A DNA stretch of 24,000 nt from an uncultured Rickettsiales bacterium (GTDB taxonomy: Bacteria; Pseudomonadota; Alphaproteobacteria; Rickettsiales; Arcanibacteraceae), in NCBI GenBank assembly GCA_964643145.1, contig CAZXPG010000012.1, positions 3,485 to 27,484 of the forward strand, given 5' to 3'. The notes beneath the pieces are model-generated. The model saw only the letters and a list, made by a program, of their open reading frames with translations. It was not told where the DNA came from and did not search any database. This document shows, piece after piece, positions 1 through 8,016 of this stretch. Numbering within the stretch: position 1 is the stretch's first letter; the number at the start of each line of letters is the position of its first letter. The position numbers were made by a program, and so were the translations under genes.

Positions 1-47
1 CAGCACTGGAACTGGTAAGAGAACTGGCGGAAGCGGTGAGAAGAAGG

Positions 48-140
48 GAGTCTGGAGTCTAGTGATAGTGTTCGCTACCGCTCGCCAATTATATATATTG
101 TGAGCGAAGCGAACTCAAAGCCCCACTAGACTCCAGACTC
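48..140. repeat. Long nested palindrome, probably a bidirectional terminator hairpin downstream of the BON gene
   Basis: The 17-bp arms gagtctggagtctagtg (48-64) and cactagactccagactc (124-140) are perfect reverse complements. Inner stems also pair: 70-76 with 108-114, and 79-83 with 102-106, around an AT-rich centre. The structure starts 3 nt after the BON gene stop codon (143-145, minus strand). Confidence 0.6.
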
Positions 141-142
141 TT

Positions 143-487
143 CTATCTAATCGTCAGTCGTGATACCACCCGTTTCACATCCTTAGTACCACGTGCTAAG
201 CGCACAGCGCGGTCAGCAGTGGCGCGGTTAGGCACATGGCCGTAGAGTGTGACCACTCCGTTATAGGTGTCAACATTAATGTCCAGGGCTTTTACCAGGT
301 CATCTTTCAGATATTTGGCTTTAACCTCAGCGGTAATAGAAGCATCTTGCGCAATGACGGTAACATTCCTGTCATCCTGCCCGACATAATAGCCCCCGGC
401 CGCTGCCCCGCCTACTAACGCAGGCACGCAGGCAGTTGTAGTAAGTACCGCCAGAATAGTTGAAAACACTATAGTAATTTTAGGCAT
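143..487 (-). CDS. BON-domain (OsmY-like) lipoprotein
   Basis: This is the 143..517 ORF. I prefer the internal start MPKITIVFSTILAVLTTTAC because a GGGAG Shine-Dalgarno lies just upstream of the ATG at 487. The N-terminus looks like a signal peptide with a lipobox-like TTAC. The remainder has a BON-domain-like pattern (DINVDTYNGVVTLYGHVPN...A..A). Confidence 0.75.
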   Translation of the reverse strand: MPKITIVFSTILAVLTTTACVPALVGGAAAGGYYVGQDDRNVTVIAQDASITAEVKAKYLKDDLVKALDINVDTYNGVVTLYGHVPNRATADRAVRLARGTKDVKRVVSRLTIR

Positions 488-607
488 ATCTCCCTCTGTA
501 TTGCTGGAATTATTCATTACGTTTTGTCTTACTGTAGTAACAATAGTATAAAAAAAACATATGAAGACAATCTGAATGATTGGACAAGGAAGCCGAAAGG
601 GGCTAGT

Positions 608-1351
608 ATGAGAAACACATCAAAATATACTATATATACAGCAAAGGAGCAAAGATTGGGAAACCATATCGTACATTCTTATGACCAGGAACTGGAATCT
701 ATTACCACACAAGTCATTGACATGGGATTGCTGGTGCGCGATTTGCTGCATATTGCAGAAAAAGCACTCAATACCCCAGGTGAGAGCATGGTTGAAAGCG
801 CTAAGGCCACCGATAAGAAAGTTAATGCCCTTGATATGCAGATAGAGCGGGAGGCCGTCAGTATGCTTGCACTACGCCAGCCGATGGCTATTGACCTGCG
901 TTTTGCCGTGTCCGTGCTGAAAATCGCCGTGATTATGGAACGGATGGGTGACCTGGCTAAAAATGCGGTTAAGCGTTCTGCTAAAATGTCCGCCACCCCC
1001 TCTGCCGCCACCCAGGCGCATATCAGCACTATGGTGGATATTATTACCACTATGCTTAAAGAGGTGCTGGAAGCGTTCAAGCAGCATGATGCGGAAAAAG
1101 CCCATCAGGTGGTGATGCGCGATGGCGAAGTGGATGTGATTTATCGTGAACTGATGGACACACTCCAGGCGGAAATGATGGCAGCTCCTGAAACTATTCC
1201 TTCCGCTATGCAATGTATTTTTGCTATCAAAAACCTGGAACGTATTGGCGACTATATCACTAAAACCGCCAAAATCGTGCATTATATTGTTTCCGGGGAA
1301 CGGGCGCCTAAGATAGCAAAACAGCCTGCTTCTGAAAAATCCGCACTATAA
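608..1351 (+). CDS. phoU: Phosphate signalling complex protein PhoU
   Basis: Two PhoU repeats are visible: one around A...D..VN..D..IE.E, the other with the ERIGD motif (NLERIGDYITK; the first repeat has the related MERMGDLAKN). The start is ambiguous. ATG 608 is possible, and so is TTG 656, which sits 6 nt after an AAGGAG and gives the usual N-terminus ...HIVHSYDQEL. The TTG at 524 in the ORF track is probably too far upstream. Confidence 0.88.
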   Translation: MRNTSKYTIYTAKEQRLGNHIVHSYDQELESITTQVIDMGLLVRDLLHIAEKALNTPGESMVESAKATDKKVNALDMQIEREAVSMLALRQPMAIDLRFAVSVLKIAVIMERMGDLAKNAVKRSAKMSATPSAATQAHISTMVDIITTMLKEVLEAFKQHDAEKAHQVVMRDGEVDVIYRELMDTLQAEMMAAPETIPSAMQCIFAIKNLERIGDYITKTAKIVHYIVSGERAPKIAKQPASEKSAL

Positions 1352-1363
1352 CGTTAATTGCCC

Positions 1364-2929
1364 ATGGAATCTATGACCTCTTCCCGCCCCAAACCTGTGC
1401 TTCTTTGTATCCTTGATGGTTGGGGATGCAGTAGCAACCCGGCAGATAACGCTATTTCCCAAGCACAAACCCCCTGCTGGGACAGGCTGCTTACCACCTA
1501 CCCTCATGCAAAACTTAATACCTCTGGTCTTGATGTAGGATTACCGGAAGGGCAGATGGGCAATTCGGAAGTAGGGCATATGAATATTGGTGCCGGCCGG
1601 GTGGTAATGCAGGAACTACCACGTATCAGCCTGGCAGCCTCTGATGGTTCGCTGGCTACAAACTCCATGGTGCGGCAATTTATTGCAGAACTCAAGGCCT
1701 CCGGCGGCAGTTGCCATTTACTGGGGCTGCTTTCCGATGGCGGTGTGCACGCGCATCAGGATCATATTATTGCGCTGACTAAGATTGTTGCCACTGAAGG
1801 AGTCCGGGTGCATATCCACGCCTTCCTAGATGGCCGCGACACTCCACCCGCCAGCGCACTTGGCACTATTGCCACATGTGAGGCTGCTTTAAGCGACACA
1901 CCACTTGCCACTATTGCCACCGTAAGCGGCCGGTATTACGCCATGGACCGCGATAATCGCTGGGAACGGGTGCAGCTTGCCTATAACGCCATGGTTGAAG
2001 CTATTGGCGCAAAAGCCAGCACAGCAACCATGGCGGTTGAAGCCAGCTACGCGGCAGGAAAAACCGATGAATTTGTGCTACCGGTGGCCTTAGAGGGCTA
2101 TCATGGCATGCAGGACGGCGATGGCGTGTTAATGGCCAATTTCCGCAGTGACCGCGCCCGCGAGATTCTCACTACCCTGGTAGACCCCAATTTTTCCGGC
2201 TGGCAACGCGCACGTACCGTCACATTTGCCGCAAAGCTAGGAATGGTGGAATATTCTGAGGAACTGAACCGCTATGTGCAAACGGTTTTTACTGCCGAGA
2301 AGCTGGAAAATATCCTTCCCGAAGTAATTTCCCATGCCGGGCTTACCCAACTCAGAATTGCTGAAACCGAGAAATACGCGCATGTCACCTTCTTTTTCAG
2401 CGGCGGTAAGGAGAAAGAATTTCCTGGCGAGCAACGCATTCTAGTGCCTTCGCCGAAAGTCGCCACCTATGATTTACAGCCCGAAATGTCTGCCCCTGAA
2501 GTCACGGACAAACTGCTTGCAGCCATTGATTCCGGCAGGTTTGATTTGATTGTTGTGAATTTCGCCAATGGTGATATGGTGGGGCACACAGGCGATATTG
2601 CCGCCGCCATAAAAGCCGTGGAAACACTGGATAGTTGTTTAGCACGGCTTGAGCCTGCTATAGGTGAAGCAGGTGGAGTGATGCTGATTACCGCCGATCA
2701 CGGCAATGCCGAACAGATGGTTAACCCTGACACACACGAGCCCCATACTGCCCACACCACTAACCCGGTACCACTGGTGCTGATCGGCAATAACGTGGCA
2801 TCGGTGAAGCTTGCCAACGGACGGCTAGCTGATATTGCCCCCACGATACTGGATATTATGGGTCTGCCAAAACCTGGCGAAATGACGGGAATATCGTTAC
2901 TTGCCAAGCTCAGTGAAAAATCCTCCTAG
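1364..2929 (+). CDS. gpmI: 2,3-bisphosphoglycerate-independent phosphoglycerate mutase
   Basis: Full-length iPGM pattern: LCILDGWG, GNSEVGHMNIGAGR, DGGVHAH, FLDGRDT, ADHGNAE. The start is ATG 1364 or ATG 1373; the TTG at 1358 is less likely. Confidence 0.95.
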   Translation: MESMTSSRPKPVLLCILDGWGCSSNPADNAISQAQTPCWDRLLTTYPHAKLNTSGLDVGLPEGQMGNSEVGHMNIGAGRVVMQELPRISLAASDGSLATNSMVRQFIAELKASGGSCHLLGLLSDGGVHAHQDHIIALTKIVATEGVRVHIHAFLDGRDTPPASALGTIATCEAALSDTPLATIATVSGRYYAMDRDNRWERVQLAYNAMVEAIGAKASTATMAVEASYAAGKTDEFVLPVALEGYHGMQDGDGVLMANFRSDRAREILTTLVDPNFSGWQRARTVTFAAKLGMVEYSEELNRYVQTVFTAEKLENILPEVISHAGLTQLRIAETEKYAHVTFFFSGGKEKEFPGEQRILVPSPKVATYDLQPEMSAPEVTDKLLAAIDSGRFDLIVVNFANGDMVGHTGDIAAAIKAVETLDSCLARLEPAIGEAGGVMLITADHGNAEQMVNPDTHEPHTAHTTNPVPLVLIGNNVASVKLANGRLADIAPTILDIMGLPKPGEMTGISLLAKLSEKSS

Positions 2930-2944
2930 AAAGAAGTAATATAC

Positions 2945-3724
2945 ATGAATAGCAGAACACAGGAACTGGAAACAACCGCCGTGAAACAGGAAGGCAAAAA
3001 AGACGATTTCAAAAGCATGGCGAAGTCGTTTGCCTGGGCATTGCTGTTTGCCATGATATTCCGCACCTTTCTGTTTGAACCGTTCCATATTCCTTCTGGC
3101 TCGATGAAACCAGGCTTGTTGATTGGTGATTATATCTTTGTCTCCAAATATTCCTACGGTATCAGCCGTTATTCCTTCCCCTTTGGCCCGGCACTATTTG
3201 AAGGCCGCATAGGGGAAATACAGAAACCAAAACGGGGGGATGTAGTAGTGTTTAAACTGCCAAAAGACCCCAGCACCAACTATATTAAACGCCTGATCGG
3301 GCTGCCAGGTGATAGGATACAGGTGAGAAGTGGGATTCTCTATATTAACGATACCGCCGTGCCGCGCTATGAGGTGAAGCCCTTTCTTGACCAGGATAAC
3401 ACGGTGATCCCGCAATATGTGGAAACCCTACCCAACCACGTTTCCTACCCTGTGCTTGACCAGTTGCCTTACGGGCGGCTGGATAATACCGATATTTATA
3501 TCGTGCCGCCCAAACATTATTTCTTTATGGGGGATAACCGCGATAACTCCCAGGATAGCCGGGTGCTTTCGGCGGTGGGGTTTGTGCCGGAAGAAAATCT
3601 GGTAGGGCCTGCCCAGGTCATTATGTTCCCCCATTCAGGAAAATGGTGGGATTTCACCAGCTGGGCAACAACAATTAAACATACGCCTTCTGTAGAGTGG
3701 CAGGCAGAAAACACACTGGAATAA
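2945..3724 (+). CDS. lepB: Signal peptidase I
   Basis: An N-terminal TM segment is followed by the catalytic-Ser box IPSGSMKPGL, the Lys box YIKRLIGLPGD and the GDNRDNSQDSR box. Confidence 0.95.
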   Translation: MNSRTQELETTAVKQEGKKDDFKSMAKSFAWALLFAMIFRTFLFEPFHIPSGSMKPGLLIGDYIFVSKYSYGISRYSFPFGPALFEGRIGEIQKPKRGDVVVFKLPKDPSTNYIKRLIGLPGDRIQVRSGILYINDTAVPRYEVKPFLDQDNTVIPQYVETLPNHVSYPVLDQLPYGRLDNTDIYIVPPKHYFFMGDNRDNSQDSRVLSAVGFVPEENLVGPAQVIMFPHSGKWWDFTSWATTIKHTPSVEWQAENTLE

Positions 3725-3739
3725 CGGGACAGATACGCG

Positions 3740-4423
3740 ATGCTTGATACAATGCTAGATGGCTACCAGTTCAATAATAAAGCACTGTTAAAAGAAGCAC
3801 TTACCCACCCAAGCCTGTGCCGTGAACCGGAAAGCAGAGCCCAACGTGGTGGCATACGTAATTATGAACGGCTGGAGTTTTTAGGCGATGCAGTGCTAGA
3901 TATGGTCATCAGTGCTTATCTGTTTACTGCTTACCCGGAAGAAAGCGAGGGCGATCTAGCTAAGCGCCGCTCTGCCTTGGTATGCGGCGAAACCATCTCC
4001 CGTATTGCCCTCTCGCACCAACTTGGCCATTCACTGCTCATGACCGAAGGGGAAGACAGCACTGGTGGCAGGGGCAATGCCGGCAACCTGGCTAATGCGC
4101 TGGAAGCCATTATCGGGGCATTATTCCTAGATGGCGGGCTAGAAGTTGCTACCCGCTTCATTCACACACATTGGTTGCCTTTTGCTAAAACCATGACCAG
4201 CCCACCACGTGACCCTAAAACCTTGCTACAAGAATGGGCGCAAGGCCATAAAAAACCTATCCCTTCTTATCGGGTGGTCAGAAATACCGGCCCTTCGCAC
4301 GCGCCTGTCTTTACAGTGAGCGTGTTGGTGGAAGGCGTGCCCTCTATGGAAGGCATGGGCTCGTCGAAACGGCTGGCTGAACGCGAAGCCGCACGACTCT
4401 TACTTGAACATATTAATAAATAG
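3740..4423 (+). CDS. rnc: Ribonuclease III
   Basis: Contains the RNase III signature ERLEFLGDAVLD and a C-terminal dsRBD (PKTLLQEW...GPSHAPVFTV...G.GSSKR.AE..AA). It sits in the conserved lepB-rnc-era order. Confidence 0.95.
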   Translation: MLDTMLDGYQFNNKALLKEALTHPSLCREPESRAQRGGIRNYERLEFLGDAVLDMVISAYLFTAYPEESEGDLAKRRSALVCGETISRIALSHQLGHSLLMTEGEDSTGGRGNAGNLANALEAIIGALFLDGGLEVATRFIHTHWLPFAKTMTSPPRDPKTLLQEWAQGHKKPIPSYRVVRNTGPSHAPVFTVSVLVEGVPSMEGMGSSKRLAEREAARLLLEHINK

Positions 4424-4431
4424 ATATCCGC

Positions 4432-5301
4432 ATGACCACAGATTCTTCGCAGAAATGCGCGTTTATTGCCTTGCTTGGCACGCCAAACGCCGGAAAATCA
4501 ACCCTGCTTAACCAATTGGTGGGAAGCAAGATTTCGATTGTTAGCCCGAAAGTGCAAACTACCCGTACCGCTATTAACGGTATTTGTATGGCAGGTAACG
4601 CACAGCTTATTTTTATAGATACGCCAGGAATTTTCTTACCCAAGAAACCGCTGGAAAAAGCCATGGTGAAAGCCGCCTGGGAAGGTAGTGCCACGGCCGA
4701 TAGCGCCGCTCTACTGATTGATGCACGCAAAGGCTTGGATGCAGGTACCCAACTGATTGTAGAGGCAATTATTCAGAAACAGCTGAAAGCCATTGCCATT
4801 ATCAACAAAATTGACCTGGTTGATAAAGCAAAGCTGTTTGAACTGGCAAAAGCACTAGATGCCTACGGGATTTTTGCCCGCATATTCATGATCTCTGCCC
4901 TAAAAGGCGATGGGGTAGAGGATGTAAAACATTATCTGGCCGACACCGCCCCCCTCAGCCCCTGGCTCTACCCGGAAGATGACCTCACCACCCTGCCGTT
5001 ACGTTTTCTGGCAGCCGAAATCACCCGCGAGCAGCTTTTCCTGCGGCTTGACCAGGAATTACCCTATGCGTTAACGGTGGAAACTGAGCATTGGGAAACG
5101 CTAGATAATGGCCAGGTCAAAGTTCATCAGGTAATTTATGTGCTGAAAGAATCCCAGAAAATGATTATTATCGGCAAAGGGGGAAGCATGATTAAAGCAG
5201 TGGGCACCAGTGCTAAACAGCAATTACAACGCCTGCTCGGTACAAAAGTACACCTGTTCCTGTTTGTAAAAGTGAACGAAGACTGGATAACCCAATGTTA
5301 G
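4432..5301 (+). CDS. era: GTPase Era
   Basis: G1 GTPNAGKSTL, G3 DTPG and G4 NKID are present, with a C-terminal KH domain (IIIGKGGSMIK). It follows rnc. Confidence 0.95.
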   Translation: MTTDSSQKCAFIALLGTPNAGKSTLLNQLVGSKISIVSPKVQTTRTAINGICMAGNAQLIFIDTPGIFLPKKPLEKAMVKAAWEGSATADSAALLIDARKGLDAGTQLIVEAIIQKQLKAIAIINKIDLVDKAKLFELAKALDAYGIFARIFMISALKGDGVEDVKHYLADTAPLSPWLYPEDDLTTLPLRFLAAEITREQLFLRLDQELPYALTVETEHWETLDNGQVKVHQVIYVLKESQKMIIIGKGGSMIKAVGTSAKQQLQRLLGTKVHLFLFVKVNEDWITQC

Positions 5302-5388
5302 CCCCCCTCTTTCCCTCCTTTTAAAAATTCGCTCTATTTTTATGCTATACTGCGCACGAATGAAGCGTGGCCCAACTCATCATTCGTG

Positions 5389-5440
5389 ATATGCTGCTCA
5401 CATTACAACTTAACCAAGTCTTGAACTGTGAGCAGTATAT
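5389..5440 (-). repeat. Palindromic repeat element, copy A (inverted relative to B and C)
   Basis: Arms atatgctgctcaca (5389-5402) and tgtgagcagtatat (5427-5440) flank a 24-nt spacer. The reverse complement matches copy B along its whole length, with a few substitutions. A separate 9-bp hairpin (5355-5363 with 5380-5388) lies immediately upstream. Confidence 0.85.
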
Positions 5441-5661
5441 ACCCAATAAAAGGAGTTTTTATCATCGTTTCATAAGTGTTTTCCACTTGCCTGATGCGCA
5501 TTATAAATCCTATTGTATATTTATAAAAAAAATATATACTAGGATGTATATATACATGTCTTTCTTAACTGAAATGTTAACCGGAAGCATATTGATGATG
5601 GCTACATATCTCACGTAAGTATTGTCTTTTACTGTAGGTTATGCCGTATTTTTTATGATAT

Positions 5662-7803
5662 ATGTTTAGGCAAGCAATTATGGATACACTATATGATTGG
5701 CTACCTGGAGACGACGATCTACGGACGTTACAGGATATAAAAAATACGTTACCTGGCTATGAAGCTGGTGCTATACACCCACTCGTACGGTTGTTTGAAA
5801 ACCCTGTTTCACCTATTGCCTTCAAAGGTGCTATTAGTTTGGAACGCCATGATTATGTGCATATTGTGCTTAATCGCGGGTTAACACCGCAAGATGAAGC
5901 CTTTGTATTAGGCTTTACGATGGGCACCTCGAAAAATGTTTCCTCGCTTGAGGTGTTCGTCTATGAAGAAATCACCAAATATCTTTATCCTCGTGAATAT
6001 AAATTTGATGACGATCTGCTCAAGGTCTTTGAACTAGGGCTACATTATGGCAAAAAATGTGATGTTGACCATATTTACGAATTCCCTTTTGAAGAGTGGA
6101 AACACTGCACATTAAGAGAAATACGGCAAAAGCTAAAGCTCAATATGCAGGAATTACAAGAAGTCTATTATGAGGAACAACAACAGCTTCCTGATAGTTT
6201 TGTAAGTAAACGCTTGCTCACAACGATGCCGACTTCTACTGAACATGCCGCAAAAAAAGTAGCAAATTCAAATACTAATCTTCATAAAATGGATACTATT
6301 ATGGCTGATGATACCGGGGATATTCGTACCTATACTATGTATCCTCGTATTGAAGGGTTGATCGTTACCTTGGTGATGCTGATTTCAATATGTAGTACGG
6401 CATATTTTATCTATGTACGCGCCTTAGATGCTGTGCAGGCCGAGATTCAGGGGGGGCTGTTACGTTCTGCCTATGCCATTGTAAATACCTCTATTGATCC
6501 CGAGCTCCACAAGACCTTTACCAAAGCTGAAGATGAAAAAACGGAAGCCTACCAAAAAGCAATACGGCCACTTGAACGTCTGCTGGAAACTGACCCAGAA
6601 ATACGTTTTACCTATACAAACGTATTGCGCGATGGCAAAGCCTATTTTGTTATGGATGGTACACCCGATGGCGATTGGGATAAGGATGGAGTACCTGATC
6701 AAGTAGGTGTCATGGAACTCTATAATGATGCGAGTGATGATTTGATGACTGCCCTAAAAGAGCAGAAAGTCGTGGTATCACGGGAACCTTACCAGGATAA
6801 ATGGGGATGGTTTGTGAGTGCACAAGTGCCTTTTTATGATAAAAATCATAATTTTGTTGGTGTCTATGTACTTTCTGTTGACGCAAGAAAATATTTTGAG
6901 CACCTAGAACCTATACAGCGCGCTACCATACGTGCAGTTATCCTTGGTGTGCTGCTTTCCGTTTTAGGAGGGATTACGGTCTGGTTCCTGCGCCGCTTCT
7001 CTGAACAGATTAATAATAGCCGTATGCGGTTGGTGACTGATTTAAAAGATGTAATAGGAAACACTCGCTCGTCCTCAAAGAAAAATATCGATATTGTTTC
7101 CAATATCACCCGTAGCATCAGTACCTCTGTTAACCGCGTAAAAGATCTTGCACAAATACAATTAGCACAATCCTCTGACAGCCGTAATACGCGTGAATTA
7201 GAGGTGTTAATGCGTTCCAGCGATGAGGTGTTACAGGTGCTCAATGATATGGTGGAACTGCTTTCGCTTCAAAATAATCTAGTGGTTTCCACCAAAGACA
7301 AAGTGCGGTTAGAACATATAGTGAATGATGTCATACAGATGATGTCATCACATAATTCATCGCGCAACATCGAGGTTTCACTCAGCGAAAGCACCGTGCT
7401 TTCGCAAGTGGTGATGGCTGATGCCCATTCTATCCAGCAACTTTTCAAGCATATCATAAGCAATGCAGTACGACACACCGATTCCTCAAAAGTGATGCTT
7501 GCAAGTAATGTGCTGGAAGAACTTGAAAATACTATTAATGTACAATTTACCATCGCTATTGATACCACTGCTAACACTAATGGTGAAGCCGCCAGCAAGA
7601 TATTAAAAGCCTTCCTGCACGATACCAGCAGTGGAACCGATAACCAGCTTAATATAACCGATATTGGCCTGGCAATCAGTAAAAACCTTGTTACGTTAAT
7701 GAAAGGAACAATAACCGCTGAAAGCAGTGAAAATAGCGTTAAGATTATCATTACGTTACTCTTAGATAAATCAAGTCCTACCGAAACACTTAATGTCGCT
7801 TGA
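5662..7803 (+). CDS. Membrane sensor protein: N-terminal Coq4-like domain, extracytoplasmic Cache/PDC-like domain, degenerate HisKA/HATPase_c (pseudo histidine kinase)
   Basis: Uninterrupted 713-aa ORF. Near residues 60-85 it has HDYVH-x11-E. Two TM segments (IVTLVMLISICSTAYFIYV and AVILGVLLSVLGGITVWFL) flank a domain of about 170 aa. The C-terminal part aligns by eye to HisKA plus HATPase_c: the N-box SNAVRHT and the G2-like DIGLAISKNLVTLM are present, but the H-box reads SNITRS and the G1 box is lost. An alternative start is ATG 5680. Confidence 0.75.
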   Translation: MFRQAIMDTLYDWLPGDDDLRTLQDIKNTLPGYEAGAIHPLVRLFENPVSPIAFKGAISLERHDYVHIVLNRGLTPQDEAFVLGFTMGTSKNVSSLEVFVYEEITKYLYPREYKFDDDLLKVFELGLHYGKKCDVDHIYEFPFEEWKHCTLREIRQKLKLNMQELQEVYYEEQQQLPDSFVSKRLLTTMPTSTEHAAKKVANSNTNLHKMDTIMADDTGDIRTYTMYPRIEGLIVTLVMLISICSTAYFIYVRALDAVQAEIQGGLLRSAYAIVNTSIDPELHKTFTKAEDEKTEAYQKAIRPLERLLETDPEIRFTYTNVLRDGKAYFVMDGTPDGDWDKDGVPDQVGVMELYNDASDDLMTALKEQKVVVSREPYQDKWGWFVSAQVPFYDKNHNFVGVYVLSVDARKYFEHLEPIQRATIRAVILGVLLSVLGGITVWFLRRFSEQINNSRMRLVTDLKDVIGNTRSSSKKNIDIVSNITRSISTSVNRVKDLAQIQLAQSSDSRNTRELEVLMRSSDEVLQVLNDMVELLSLQNNLVVSTKDKVRLEHIVNDVIQMMSSHNSSRNIEVSLSESTVLSQVVMADAHSIQQLFKHIISNAVRHTDSSKVMLASNVLEELENTINVQFTIAIDTTANTNGEAASKILKAFLHDTSSGTDNQLNITDIGLAISKNLVTLMKGTITAESSENSVKIIITLLLDKSSPTETLNVA

Positions 7804-7901
7804 TCGTATGGTAAATAAGTATAAGCTTAGTTTTGGATAGCGGTGACTTGTCCATACTGAGGTTAAGTATAACTATATCACCTTAAATACTAAAAAATGG
7901 T

Positions 7902-7957
7902 ATATATACTGCTCACAGTTCAAGAATTAGTTAGGTTGCAATGTGAGCAGTATATAT
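7902..7957 (+). repeat. Palindromic repeat element, copy B (best-preserved copy)
   Basis: Perfect 16-bp inverted arms atatatactgctcaca (7902-7917) and tgtgagcagtatatat (7942-7957) flank the 24-nt spacer gttcaagaattagttaggttgcaa. It lies between the sensor gene and the MFS gene. Confidence 0.9.
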
Positions 7958-8016
7958 CCTTCTTGATTGATACAATTTTCACGTGGGTTTAGACGATAAA
8001 AGGGGAAATAAGTATA

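Noticed and set aside
524-537. Motif TTGTCTT-ACTGTAG upstream of phoU, recurring as TTGTCTT-TT-ACTGTAG at 5622-5637 upstream of the sensor gene (possible shared Pho-type operator)
   Set aside because: A 14-nt match that needs a 2-nt indel is about what chance predicts when all positions on both strands of 24 kb are compared. The half-site spacing does not fit the 11-bp Pho-box repeat.
679-1282. ORFs 679..1080 and 872..1282 on the minus strand inside phoU
   Set aside because: They are antisense shadow ORFs that lie wholly within a well-supported PhoU gene. Their translations are low-complexity (H/G/R-rich or S/A-rich) with no recognisable motifs.
5367-5618. 83-aa ORF downstream of era
   Set aside because: It starts at a GTG inside one hairpin, reads through palindromic repeat copy A and an AT-rich promoter-like region, and has no Shine-Dalgarno and no similarity I can recognise.
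6460-7751. ORFs 6460..6702, 6494..6706, 6864..7244 and 7269..7751 overlapping the sensor gene
   Set aside because: All are embedded in the 713-aa ORF, which carries coherent domain signals. The translations of the alternatives look like frame artefacts.
7902-7957. The idea that the palindromic elements are integron attC sites delimiting gene cassettes
   Set aside because: A GTTAGGT (GTTRRRY-like) motif and its inverse ACCTAAC occur in the spacer, but not at the positions expected for R'/R'' at the ends of an attC. Copy A is in the opposite orientation. No intI or attI is visible in the window.
7976-7990. parS-like sequence ttttcacgtgggttt near the origin region
   Set aside because: Only the left half and the CACGTG core resemble the parS consensus TGTTTCACGTGAAACA. 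The right half mismatches at 5 of 8 positions, so it is not a credible ParB site.
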